Positions 8,654 through 18,335 of a DNA stretch of 64,000 nucleotides are shown here, piece by piece. The DNA is from Candidatus Poseidoniales archaeon (lineage in GTDB: Archaea > Thermoplasmatota > Poseidoniia > Poseidoniales > Poseidoniaceae). Location of the stretch: the NCBI GenBank assembly GCA_003602575.1, contig QQRY01000001.1:6856-70855 (forward strand), written 5' to 3'. The stretch's first letter is position 1; every line of letters begins with the position of its first letter. The position numbers were made by a program, and so were the translations under genes. The notes beneath the pieces are model-generated. The model did no database searches. It saw nothing but the letters and a program-made list of their open reading frames with translations, and was not told where the DNA came from.

Positions 8654-9022
8654 TCAGATTCTACGGATTGACGCACTATGGCGGCTCTTCGATTGTGATA
8701 GAAGCAAACTTTTCAGTTGCTTGTCAGACATAGGGGGTTTGAATGATTTCGATTCATACATGTGAATGATACTTTGTTTGATTTGATTACTTCTCTCGGG
8801 AGTTGCCAAAGAAATAGTAGCCAATCTAGATCTTGCATCTGGCGTTAGAAGTTTCTTCATTGCGGAGTCGATGGCGGAATTCTCAACTTGTTTTTGGTGT
8901 TCAGCGAATTCTGCTTCAACCTGTTTGGATGCTTGTGCTTCAATCTGCTTTTGGAGTTCTAACTTACGTTGATTTCTAAGCATTGACAATTCATCATCGT
9001 TTGATGTTGACATACTTACCAC
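8654..9022 (-). CDS. PDCD5/TFAR19-family DNA-binding protein
   Basis: [34 protein letters not shown] end; conserved position after rps19e. Confidence 0.85.
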   Translation of the reverse strand: MVSMSTSNDDELSMLRNQRKLELQKQIEAQASKQVEAEFAEHQKQVENSAIDSAMKKLLTPDARSRLATISLATPERSNQIKQSIIHMYESKSFKPPMSDKQLKSLLLSQSKSRHSASIRRI

Positions 9023-9037
9023 CTAACTCACACCCGA

Positions 9038-9529
9038 TTAATACTTTGATAGACCCGGGTACATTTCATTTGCAGCTTCTCTATTAGCGTGTGCTATTGA
9101 ATCTAACAACTTATGTCCTGCAGAAGTTATTCTCCTACCTGCATAAAGTTGAACCTTGCCCTCATCTGAATCTACCTCTTTCGTTGGAACCTTTTCGACA
9201 AGGCCTGCTTCTTCGAGTTGTTGGAGAGAAGTTCTAATGATGTGCCTAGATGCTACGCCGGGAGTATTAGGCATGACTCCGTTATCCTGTGAGCCACCAT
9301 ATGTTTGTGCTAAACTTGTTACGCCGATTGGACCTTCCCTTGCGACCTTGCGTAGGATAGATGCAGTTCTAATAAACCACCAGTTAGACTGCGTAGGAGG
9401 CCTTTCACGAGATGCACCAGTCTTGACATATCCAGACCAGTCAGGAGCTTCAATGCCCTTGGTTTCTGATAAATGGTCAGCTAGAGCAGGTATCAATAAT
9501 TCCGCAGGAATATCGTAAAACGTAGTCAT
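9038..9529 (-). CDS. rps19e: 30S ribosomal protein S19e
   Basis: MTTFYDIP, PDWSGYVKTG..RERPP..NWWFIRTASILRK, IIRTSLQQLE; start reassigned to ATG 9529 (GGTGTG SD). Confidence 0.95.
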   Translation of the reverse strand: MTTFYDIPAELLIPALADHLSETKGIEAPDWSGYVKTGASRERPPTQSNWWFIRTASILRKVAREGPIGVTSLAQTYGGSQDNGVMPNTPGVASRHIIRTSLQQLEEAGLVEKVPTKEVDSDEGKVQLYAGRRITSAGHKLLDSIAHANREAANEMYPGLSKY

Positions 9530-9657
9530 ATAAACACACCGAGCAATTTGCCGACTAAACTCCCCTATATGAAAAGAACGGGTAAAACGCAATACTTTCG
9601 TGTTACCAAGGGCAACAAAATGCAAGTCTTGATGAAGGTGTATCGCTTGCACTCACC

Positions 9658-10476
9658 ATGCAGAAGGCTTTGGCTCAGAACCCTAATCTTCTTAGGACTC
9701 TGTTAGGACTTTCTTTTACCTTGATATTCATCTTAGCATACGCTGTATATGGAGCCACAGTTTCCCCTTCATACTACCTTTATCAAACAGATGCTGTAAC
9801 AACTACTCACTCAACTGCCGAGACAGAATCATTGTATGATTCTGACGAAAATACTACTACTTGGTATTGGAATATTCCAGCAAATGGTGTGAATTTAACA
9901 TGGGTTAATTTAACCGCGACTGAATTATCTGATGATTCAATTATTAAATTAATCAATGTTGGTGGACTTTACAGTAACCGGCTTTTAGGTGTAGAGGATG
10001 CAGATAAGTTCAGTTGTGAAGATTCATGCTATCAAAATACAACCCATGAGGCAATCAGTGAAGATGGTGAGGATGTTTCAATCTACTCGATGACTACCAC
10101 TGATCCTGGTAGACGCAATAACGGAACTGTATATGCCAAATCATTGGATGATGCTACAGAAAAAGCTAGAGAAATTGTAGATTATACTCACTCTCCATCA
10201 TCTATTAGAGTAGAAATCATAGAAAAGGGCGACAGGCAAACTTCGCCAACAATTATTTTGACGACTGTTAATGAGGATTTTGAAGAAATCGAAGTATTTT
10301 CAATCGATGCGGGAACAGAATTCTTATGGTCTCTTGCTGCAGTCATTGGTTGCTTTTCTATGCTCTTAATACCCTCATTCGGGCTATATTTTGCCGCACG
10401 TGCTAAAGAAAGGAAAAATGAACTTAAACTAAAGTTGGCCGAAGAGTCTGTCGATAACGTACTCCAAGAAGAATAA
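9658..10476 (+). CDS. Hypothetical membrane protein (2 TMs flanking an extracellular domain)
   Basis: Hydrophobic N- and C-terminal segments, acidic Thr/Ser-rich middle. Confidence 0.7.
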   Translation: MQKALAQNPNLLRTLLGLSFTLIFILAYAVYGATVSPSYYLYQTDAVTTTHSTAETESLYDSDENTTTWYWNIPANGVNLTWVNLTATELSDDSIIKLINVGGLYSNRLLGVEDADKFSCEDSCYQNTTHEAISEDGEDVSIYSMTTTDPGRRNNGTVYAKSLDDATEKAREIVDYTHSPSSIRVEIIEKGDRQTSPTIILTTVNEDFEEIEVFSIDAGTEFLWSLAAVIGCFSMLLIPSFGLYFAARAKERKNELKLKLAEESVDNVLQEE

Positions 10477-10518
10477 GCGCCATTGCCCTCATATAGATTG
10501 TATGTTTTGGATTAAACG

Positions 10519-13500
10519 ATGCGCGGGGTAAAATTAGTATCACTAATACTTCTCGCCACATTCTTTTTAGCATCATTAAATCCGCTGGTTGAATCAAATC
10601 TAGGATTCCACGATGATTATCAGGCATCGGGTAAATCAACAGGAGTTGATCTGTCTGTGGATAGTGTTTCATTTAGTTATAGTTCGACATCTGATGAAAT
10701 GAAATATCGGATGTTTTCATCAAATTATCCAATACAGGATTTCAATAGACCAGATATTCTATTTGCAGTGGATGCAGTAATAGACGTGCCGATAATAATA
10801 GATTTCACTGTGAAGAACTTAGGGTCTACGAGTTCAGGTAACTTCAATGTCATTATATCAGTATTACACAACGAATATTCCAATTTTGAATTGCATAATG
10901 AATCAATTTCTATCAATTCAATAAACGGTGGAAACTCCGCAACAGGTCAAAAAACTATTATTCCAACATACTCAGGAAACCATACATTGAGGATTTTTCC
11001 AATCTCGAGTATAGTTGATGATAATCCAAACAACGACCAACTGCTAAGAACATTCACAGTTGCATCTAAATATTTTAATTGTGATGACTTCACTGGATGG
11101 TCAGTAGGCACTCAATGGGGTTCAAACTCTGATACAGCATTATCAGAAGGTTCAGCATGCCATGTTGGAAATGGACAAACATCCACTTATTCTAATAATC
11201 TAAACACTGCACTAATAACACCATACATGGACATGTCTGATGCAGTAAGTAATCCGTCGAGAACAAACGGTATAACATTCTTTTACACTGGTAGCATATT
11301 ATCTGGAGATATAATGAAAATCTATGTTAGCGACACAAACGGAATTTGGAATGAAATAGCCTCAGTTAGTGGAACAGTTGACCAAATTTTCACTGATGGA
11401 GCTAATTGGCAAACCTGGTCAGTAAATCATGCTGGGGCACAATCACCATTGATTCCAGTACAGCAACAATATTTCCATTCCCAAACACAGTTCAAATTTG
11501 AATTTACAAGCGATTCTACTAACGCTGATATTGGTTTATGGATGGATGAAATTGTTATCGTTTATGATCAGAAGGTGAAACCAAAAGAGTATGGAATATC
11601 TGTGAATGGAATATCATCCAATGGTGCAGTACCTGGGGGATGGGGTAAAGCAACTGTGGAATTAAGTAATACGGGAAATATCACCGAGACTTTTACCCCT
11701 GCAATATCCGGACTACCAAATAATTGGAATTTATATTACTCCACAACAACCGGTGTAAGTATAAATCCAGCATACGGAATTAATTTGATGCCAGGAGAAT
11801 CAAGACAGATTGACATCAACTTCCAACCAGAAACTTCAGCAAATCAGGGGCTATATCAAGTAACTTTCACTGGCCATTCTAAGCAATATATTACAGTCCA
11901 GTCACAACTAAATATTCAATTCCAAGTTATACCGGATAGAATTCCTGAAATAATTGGACCGTCAACTATGCCTGGTTGTCAACCAGGAAATACTTGTACA
12001 TTCGAGATAGGGGTGAGAAATGTGGGTGGAGCAACTGATGTATTTGACATCGAAATTAATTCTGCAGATATGCCTTTGGGGTGGAGCGTTGCATTGGCAT
12101 GGAATCAGCCGAGCAGTGTACTTTCACAACCCGGAGTGATAAATGAAATTCTCATGACTTACACAGTACCATCTAATGCTATACCCGATAGTGTAGGTAA
12201 ATTTGATTTCAAAGTTATTTCTCAAAATGATTCTTCAAGATTTGATTTAGAGGAAATCGAGCTGAGTGCCTCCATGGTTAGTAATGCGGAAATAGAAATG
12301 GATCAAGGTAGCCTAAATTCCAACTGGTCTATGACTCCGGGTGAAACAAGAATAATTTATTACAATATTTGGAATAATGCTTCTAGTCAAGATATCTTTA
12401 CACCTTCAGTTAAAATTAGAGAAATGGGGCAATGGATAATTGAACAACCAACGCAAACTAGTTTAGTGATTAATTCTGGCAAGAATTCTGTATTCAGTAT
12501 TTCAATTACTGCACCTGAACAATCGCAAGTAGGGGATGTTTGTCCAAAAATTACACCAGAGATTATCTCGTCAAGAAGTGGCGCAACATTCACTGGAGCG
12601 GAATTTGATGAAATAGAGGTGTCTCGTAGAGATGATTTGAGTATAGTACTAACAGATGGAAATCTAGAGTTTGAACCAGGAATGTCGAATGTGATTAGTT
12701 TAGAGATCGAAAATAAAGGCAATGGACCAAATGACGCTAAGATAGAGGTTGTTGGCATACCAGATGATTGGTCATGGGAAATGGCTTATGGAGGAATTAT
12801 GATTAATAATCCGATTAGATTATCTGCAATTTATGATTTGGATTATGCTAAGCAAATTGAACTTTACATTAATCCCAACTCAACCACCCTAGCAGGAAGT
12901 ACATACCAGTATACCATCAAGGTCTCTTCATTTGATGAGACTATTGACTATAATTACTCAGATAACGAAATAGAATTGCAAGCAACTATTTCCACTAAAC
13001 ATGATGTAGTTGTAAACACATTAGAAAGTGAAATGTTTTCAGGAGTAGGAAATTCTACATTTGTTAAAGCTTCAATACAGAATATGGGTAATACCTTCGA
13101 GAGTAATGTATTAATTAGAGCAAGAGTGAGTTCACTGGACGATAATTTGAAAATAGATCCATACTTTACGATTGGTCAAAATGGTATATTTTTCGAATTG
13201 GACCAATTCCAAACTATCAATTTAGATATCGGGCAAATGTACGACCTTGAAGTCGGATTTAAGATACCTTCAACCACGGAAATTGGAACTAAATTTGTCG
13301 TTACTTTCGACATTCAGTCAACAAATGGCAGTGGATTAGTATTTCAAACTGCACAATCGATGATTGAAGCGGACTACAGACGTTCAATGGTTGTGGAGTT
13401 ATTTTCGCAAAGTCTTGACATTATCGATGAAAGTATGGGTGCAAAAGCAAACATAAACTTGACATCGACATCTACAATTGGTGAATCTTTTACAATCAAT

Positions 13501-14097
13501 CTGGACTTACCTGAAGATTGGCAAGCTGTTTGTTCAGGAATAATATTGAGCGAGAATGGAACTATCATAGAGAATAACCCTGGCTACTTACAAGAACAAT
13601 TCACTACTACTCAATGCGAAATTTTCCCCTTGGAAGGGGAGAATTCGGGAACTGTAATGTTTAGTATAGTAAACGAAGATGGTACATTAAGTTGGACAGA
13701 GTCTAGGACATATGAATTTGAACGTAACACAGATGAATCATTCAATGTTTCAACAAATATGATTGCAGGTTCAATAGCTGGAGTACTCGCTATTGCAATT
13801 CTATCGATATTGGTCTTGAAGTTCAGAAATAGAGAAAATGATGAAGAGGACGCTCAAATAAGCAATCCAACTCCTTCCGGACCACCGATTTCAGGACCTC
13901 CTGTTTCTACCTTCGCAGTGAACAATAATCTATCGAACTCACCAAGTGTAATGATTAGCCAAAATTCACAAATCTCGCCTCAAAATTTGAATGGACCGCC
14001 GATTCCGGAATCGGGTCTACCTGAAGGTTGGACTCAAGAGCAATGGCAGTATTATGGACAAAAATACTTAGACAACTTGAACGCCGGTGGGAACTGA
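10519..14097 (+). CDS. Large cell-surface protein with CARDB/Ig-like repeats, C-terminal TM and Pro/Trp-rich cytoplasmic tail
   Basis: Signal peptide, DLSV..VKNLG..DDNPNND CARDB-like module, repeated N.GN..(D/E)TF...LP..W modules, TM near aa 1085-1105. Confidence 0.75.
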   Translation: MRGVKLVSLILLATFFLASLNPLVESNLGFHDDYQASGKSTGVDLSVDSVSFSYSSTSDEMKYRMFSSNYPIQDFNRPDILFAVDAVIDVPIIIDFTVKNLGSTSSGNFNVIISVLHNEYSNFELHNESISINSINGGNSATGQKTIIPTYSGNHTLRIFPISSIVDDNPNNDQLLRTFTVASKYFNCDDFTGWSVGTQWGSNSDTALSEGSACHVGNGQTSTYSNNLNTALITPYMDMSDAVSNPSRTNGITFFYTGSILSGDIMKIYVSDTNGIWNEIASVSGTVDQIFTDGANWQTWSVNHAGAQSPLIPVQQQYFHSQTQFKFEFTSDSTNADIGLWMDEIVIVYDQKVKPKEYGISVNGISSNGAVPGGWGKATVELSNTGNITETFTPAISGLPNNWNLYYSTTTGVSINPAYGINLMPGESRQIDINFQPETSANQGLYQVTFTGHSKQYITVQSQLNIQFQVIPDRIPEIIGPSTMPGCQPGNTCTFEIGVRNVGGATDVFDIEINSADMPLGWSVALAWNQPSSVLSQPGVINEILMTYTVPSNAIPDSVGKFDFKVISQNDSSRFDLEEIELSASMVSNAEIEMDQGSLNSNWSMTPGETRIIYYNIWNNASSQDIFTPSVKIREMGQWIIEQPTQTSLVINSGKNSVFSISITAPEQSQVGDVCPKITPEIISSRSGATFTGAEFDEIEVSRRDDLSIVLTDGNLEFEPGMSNVISLEIENKGNGPNDAKIEVVGIPDDWSWEMAYGGIMINNPIRLSAIYDLDYAKQIELYINPNSTTLAGSTYQYTIKVSSFDETIDYNYSDNEIELQATISTKHDVVVNTLESEMFSGVGNSTFVKASIQNMGNTFESNVLIRARVSSLDDNLKIDPYFTIGQNGIFFELDQFQTINLDIGQMYDLEVGFKIPSTTEIGTKFVVTFDIQSTNGSGLVFQTAQSMIEADYRRSMVVELFSQSLDIIDESMGAKANINLTSTSTIGESFTINLDLPEDWQAVCSGIILSENGTIIENNPGYLQEQFTTTQCEIFPLEGENSGTVMFSIVNEDGTLSWTESRTYEFERNTDESFNVSTNMIAGSIAGVLAIAILSILVLKFRNRENDEEDAQISNPTPSGPPISGPPVSTFAVNNNLSNSPSVMISQNSQISPQNLNGPPIPESGLPEGWTQEQWQYYGQKYLDNLNAGGN

Positions 14098-14267
14098 TGA
14101 ACTATCCACCGCTGTGGTATGCCCTTTGGTTTATGATTTCATTTTGCGGAATTGCAACGTGGTATTTGAGGAACTTTACTCAAAAGGTGCAATTGACTAG
14201 ATTAATAGCTTTGATCGGAGTTGTTTCTATGCTAAGCATGGTATTTTGGACTTTCATTGAGTTTTGA
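14097..14267 (+). CDS. Small 2-TM membrane protein (56 aa)
   Basis: TGATG overlap with the upstream stop; two hydrophobic helices. Confidence 0.65.
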   Translation: MNYPPLWYALWFMISFCGIATWYLRNFTQKVQLTRLIALIGVVSMLSMVFWTFIEF

Positions 14268-14276
14268 GGGATATTT

Positions 14277-14765
14277 ATGAAAATCGTAGGCATGGAAAAA
14301 CATCACATGAAGGATAAATACCCTTGCAGACTCCCGGTATGGTGGGGGAATATTGGAGAAATTGGGGCGCATCCAAATGTTCAAGGAGTTACTGGGAGAA
14401 AGGTAGTCCTAAGAATCGAAAAAAGATTTACTAGAATTGAGAAATTAATGGCTAGAATTTTCCGGGCACCACGTGAAGTAAGGCGGCCTTTAGATACGAT
14501 GAACAGTGTCTTATGGGAATTATGCGATGGAAAAAACACATTCGAGGAAATTTGTAACTACTTAGACTCCACTTTTCATGAAGATATTGCACCTGTGGTC
14601 GAGAGGACAAAACGAGGCATAGAGCAATTTAAGAGTCAAAATTTAGTAACGGTTTTAGACACTCGGTTTAATGACAAATGGGAGATAAAACGCGGAGTTA
14701 CACCACCAAATCAAACTCTCGAAGAACTAGACCCCGAGTTGGGAATCGATGTAGAGGAAGAATAG
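14277..14765 (+). CDS. PqqD/RRE-like domain protein
   Basis: LDTMNSVLWELCDGKNTFEEICNYL...F....LV pattern of PqqD-family winged helix. Confidence 0.7.
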   Translation: MKIVGMEKHHMKDKYPCRLPVWWGNIGEIGAHPNVQGVTGRKVVLRIEKRFTRIEKLMARIFRAPREVRRPLDTMNSVLWELCDGKNTFEEICNYLDSTFHEDIAPVVERTKRGIEQFKSQNLVTVLDTRFNDKWEIKRGVTPPNQTLEELDPELGIDVEEE

Positions 14766-15509
14766 TTATTCACCGGTTGGCTCCCAAACTAGCCTCATAC
14801 CAATTCCATCACTTTTTCTAGTAGAAACCGATTTATTTCTTGCTGAACTTCTAGTAGAATCACTCTCAGTAAACCAACTTCCCCCACGATGAACATAGAA
14901 ATCTTCCAATTCAATAGTGTGAGCATCTTGTGATGATGAATGCTCAGAATAATTCTCTGCATAGTTATCTTGACACCATTCCGATACATTGCCATAAAGA
15001 TCCAAAATACCCCATGGAGTAGGTTTCTTTTGACCTACAACTTTTGTTGATGCGCCGGAATTACCTGCATGCCACCCATAATCACCTAATTCGGAATCTT
15101 TGTTCCCAAAGAACCACCTAGTTTGAGTACCTGCTCTAGCGACAAACTCCCATTCCGATTCAGTGGGTAGTCGCCATATCCCCGTTAGTCCTAAATGAAC
15201 TTCATCGCCATAAGTCTGATTTAATTTTTCAATAAAACGATTCGCATCATGCCATGATATAGATTCAACTGGCTGTAATCCTGAACTCCATCCCTCGGTA
15301 AATTTTGATGGATTATCGCCCATTACAGATGACCAATGTACTTGAGTAACTGGCCTTTCACCAATAAAAAAGGGCCTAGTGATTTCGACTTGATGGACCG
15401 GGCATTCTCTTTCCAATCCATCACCAACTTGATCGCCCATTAGAAATTTATCTGGCTCTACAAGAATATATGTTCCACCAAAGGAATCAGAAAAATTTGG
15501 ACGACTCAT
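14766..15509 (-). CDS. Formylglycine-generating enzyme (SUMF1/FGE-sulfatase) domain protein
   Basis: FLMG, P.H.V, PVESISWHDA, RLPTESEWE, LYGNVSEW, RGGSW, GMRL. Confidence 0.9.
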   Translation of the reverse strand: MSRPNFSDSFGGTYILVEPDKFLMGDQVGDGLERECPVHQVEITRPFFIGERPVTQVHWSSVMGDNPSKFTEGWSSGLQPVESISWHDANRFIEKLNQTYGDEVHLGLTGIWRLPTESEWEFVARAGTQTRWFFGNKDSELGDYGWHAGNSGASTKVVGQKKPTPWGILDLYGNVSEWCQDNYAENYSEHSSSQDAHTIELEDFYVHRGGSWFTESDSTRSSARNKSVSTRKSDGIGMRLVWEPTGE

Positions 15510-15523
15510 GGGTTTTATCACCT

Positions 15524-16054
15524 TCAAGATAGTTTCTTTGTAGTCTCTATGACAGATTCTACAAGTTTTGTCAATCTATCTACATGATCTTCATCAACTA
15601 GATTACCTTCATCGTCAAATGCTTCTTTGACTTTACCAATGGCAAGTTGTTCAGGAACTGGCCAAGCATGAAGCCACCGTAACATAATACGCATATGATT
15701 TAGTGTATTTGCGTTTTGAACTCCACCTAGAGTCGACATTAATCCAACAGGTTTACCAGAGATGTGCTTTCCATAAATCCAATCGAAGGTATTCTTCATT
15801 GCACCAGACATAGTCCCGTGATATTCAGGAGATGCTGCTAAAATAGCATCGCAGTTTGTTACCAACTCTTGGAAGCGCTTTACATTTTCATTCTCCCAGC
15901 AGCCTTCCTCTCCAACAATCGGCAACGGGTCCGTATCCAAATCCCAAAAAATTGTTTCAACACCCATGCCTTTGGCAATATCAAGAGCATGGTTCACCAG
16001 CATTCCGCATTTCGACGTAGTCCTATACTCGCCACTTAACCCTAAAATCTTCAT
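15524..16054 (-). CDS. NADPH-dependent FMN reductase (flavodoxin-like)
   Basis: MKILGLSG.YR, ASPEYHGTMSGAMKN..DW, GKPVGL. Confidence 0.88.
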   Translation of the reverse strand: MKILGLSGEYRTTSKCGMLVNHALDIAKGMGVETIFWDLDTDPLPIVGEEGCWENENVKRFQELVTNCDAILAASPEYHGTMSGAMKNTFDWIYGKHISGKPVGLMSTLGGVQNANTLNHMRIMLRWLHAWPVPEQLAIGKVKEAFDDEGNLVDEDHVDRLTKLVESVIETTKKLS

Positions 16055-16153
16055 ATTCTCACCATTTATACCAAATCGAACCGGTTATTCAATGTAAGTA
16101 TTTGACCAATCAAGGATAAGCAATGCTTAAGCAGGGTAGATGATGCCTAAAAT

Positions 16154-18325
16154 GTGAACGACATGTATGGGGATGATGTTGGCGAAAACGCGGACGAAAT
16201 TAATGATGTGGATGACGTCCAATTTCAAGTCCAATCTCAATTGATGATTGGGGAAGAGTGCTCTAAAAATGATGACCCAAAAGGAGCTTTAGCGGCTTTC
16301 AACAAGGCTATTTCATTAGACCCATCGTGTGACATGGCATGGTTTAATCGTGGCGTTCTCCTTGAAGCACAACAAGATGCAAGAGGGGCTAGGCAAGCAT
16401 TCCAGATATGTCTCGATGTAAATCCTAACCATGCACCTGCCACGGCTAACCTGTGTATATTATTGGAACGAATCGGAGATGAGAGTGGAGCATATGAAAT
16501 GTCAACTAGAGCATTGGATTTCTATCCAGGCCATCCTGCAATTATGGAGGTTAGAGAAAGATGCTCTGGCAGTGAAACTACGAAGGCAATGGAAGAAATG
16601 ACTCAAGTTGTCACTACCGACTCATTCAAAGAAGAAGATATGAATACTGCCATGGAAGAAATGGGAGTGGATGATATGAATGCAGTCTTGGAAGAAGCTG
16701 TATACCATGATTTAGATGAGAATAAGAATCTCGATATTGATGAACTCCGTTCCGCTGCAGAAGTTGTTGCGGCAACAGAAAATATTCAGGAAAAAATCGA
16801 GTTGGTTCAACCTGTCACACAATCGATTCCGCAAGAACCTGAAAATACAGTTCGAGAAGAAATTGTACAAGAATCAAGCAATTCAAGTGTAGACTTGGAT
16901 GCCTTGGTTGAAGAGGCAACCGAATATATCCGTAATGGTGACCCTGCATCCGGACTTAAAACTCTCAAACCATATTTGAAAAATGAGGCAGCAAATCATG
17001 CCCCTTCATGGAGAATTGCCGGAGGGGCAATGGCTAGATTAGATCTCGATGAACATGCAATATCAGCATTGGAACATGCACAAAAATTAGACCCTTCTAG
17101 CGCCAAGGGTTGGTTTAATTTGGGGTCTGTAAAACAAAGACTTGGATATTTAGAAGACGCAGGTACATGCTATGCAAGTGCTCTACGAGAAGACCCGAAT
17201 TATATCAAACCAGCAATAAAATGGAGTGAAACTTCCAGGGCCATTAATGATATTGAAGGATACTTAACTGCTGCTACAGTCGTAGCAACTTTGGAGCCAA
17301 ATAATCCAATTAAAATGGAGTTAATCATTACATTGATTGAATTAGCAGAAGGTGAATCAGAAGTTCTAGAACTAGCCAGTGGATTGCCACCTACACTTCC
17401 AGCAGGCCCTGATTTAGCATCCAATGCCTTAGCACTGCTAGGAGATGGACAGACGGAACTTCATGCAAGAGCACATTCTGCTATGAATAATCACGTTGAA
17501 TCTGTTACTCTTTGGAAGGCTTTGATTCAAACGGAAAAAACTAATCCGATTCTTTGGCGCGGACTCTCTAAGTCACTAAGAGCAGCGGGTGATGTGGAAA
17601 CCTCTGAAAGATGTCGGATGAAAGCTGACTCCTTAGAAAAAGTTGGTGAAATTTCAAACGACCAAATTCAAGAGAAGGTATCTCAACCAAATCAAATAGA
17701 GCCAATTCCACAAGTTGCTGCTCCTGAAATACCAGACTTACAACAACAAAATAATGCTAATGAATTATTATTGACTCCCGTAGATAAAAAGCCAGAAACA
17801 GAAATTGTTGTTGAATCAAATCCTCAAGTTGATTTGGCTAAAGCTGCCCTAGATGTTCAACAAAATTCTCTTGTTTCTGAACAATTTAAAAATCCTGTTT
17901 CGAATTCAATAGCAAATCAAGATATTTCTTGGTATAACCAAGGAGTAGCGTTGATTGAGGCAGGCAAATATAGCGAAGCATTATCCTGTTTTGATAGAGC
18001 ACTTCCTTCATTTGCCAATGATGATGAAATGGTGATTAGAATACTAAATGGTAGAGGAAATGCTTTTTATTATCTAGAAAACTATCCTGCATGTGTTGAA
18101 TCATACCATCAAGCTATGCTTATCAGACCTGAGGATGTAAGAGGTAAAACTCTGTACAACATGGGAACAGCATATGCTGAAATGGAACGATATCAAGATT
18201 CTATCAAGTGTTTTGAACAAGCCATCCCACGTGGATTGAATAAGGAAGAGATAAAGCGCACTAAAGACCAAATTCGTCGATGTAATATTCTACTAAAAGA
18301 GCAAAATAAGAAACTCAAGAAATGA
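16154..18325 (+). CDS. Tetratricopeptide-repeat protein (three TPR clusters)
   Basis: AWFNRG, GWFNLG, SWYNQG, LYNMG TPR motifs separated by acidic/Gln-rich linkers. Confidence 0.85.
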   Translation: MNDMYGDDVGENADEINDVDDVQFQVQSQLMIGEECSKNDDPKGALAAFNKAISLDPSCDMAWFNRGVLLEAQQDARGARQAFQICLDVNPNHAPATANLCILLERIGDESGAYEMSTRALDFYPGHPAIMEVRERCSGSETTKAMEEMTQVVTTDSFKEEDMNTAMEEMGVDDMNAVLEEAVYHDLDENKNLDIDELRSAAEVVAATENIQEKIELVQPVTQSIPQEPENTVREEIVQESSNSSVDLDALVEEATEYIRNGDPASGLKTLKPYLKNEAANHAPSWRIAGGAMARLDLDEHAISALEHAQKLDPSSAKGWFNLGSVKQRLGYLEDAGTCYASALREDPNYIKPAIKWSETSRAINDIEGYLTAATVVATLEPNNPIKMELIITLIELAEGESEVLELASGLPPTLPAGPDLASNALALLGDGQTELHARAHSAMNNHVESVTLWKALIQTEKTNPILWRGLSKSLRAAGDVETSERCRMKADSLEKVGEISNDQIQEKVSQPNQIEPIPQVAAPEIPDLQQQNNANELLLTPVDKKPETEIVVESNPQVDLAKAALDVQQNSLVSEQFKNPVSNSIANQDISWYNQGVALIEAGKYSEALSCFDRALPSFANDDEMVIRILNGRGNAFYYLENYPACVESYHQAMLIRPEDVRGKTLYNMGTAYAEMERYQDSIKCFEQAIPRGLNKEEIKRTKDQIRRCNILLKEQNKKLKK

Positions 18326-18335
18326 AGGTTTTATT

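Noticed and set aside
9530-9652. N-terminal extensions in the ORF track (S19e here; likewise TopB 35604, PntA 21903, GGR 38548, EVE 58786, QueD 6437)
   Set aside because: Family homology, SD positions and promoter spacing point to downstream ATGs
14277-16054. RiPP cluster (PqqD-like protein, FGE, reductase)
   Set aside because: Genes are convergent, and no precursor peptide or maturase is adjacent
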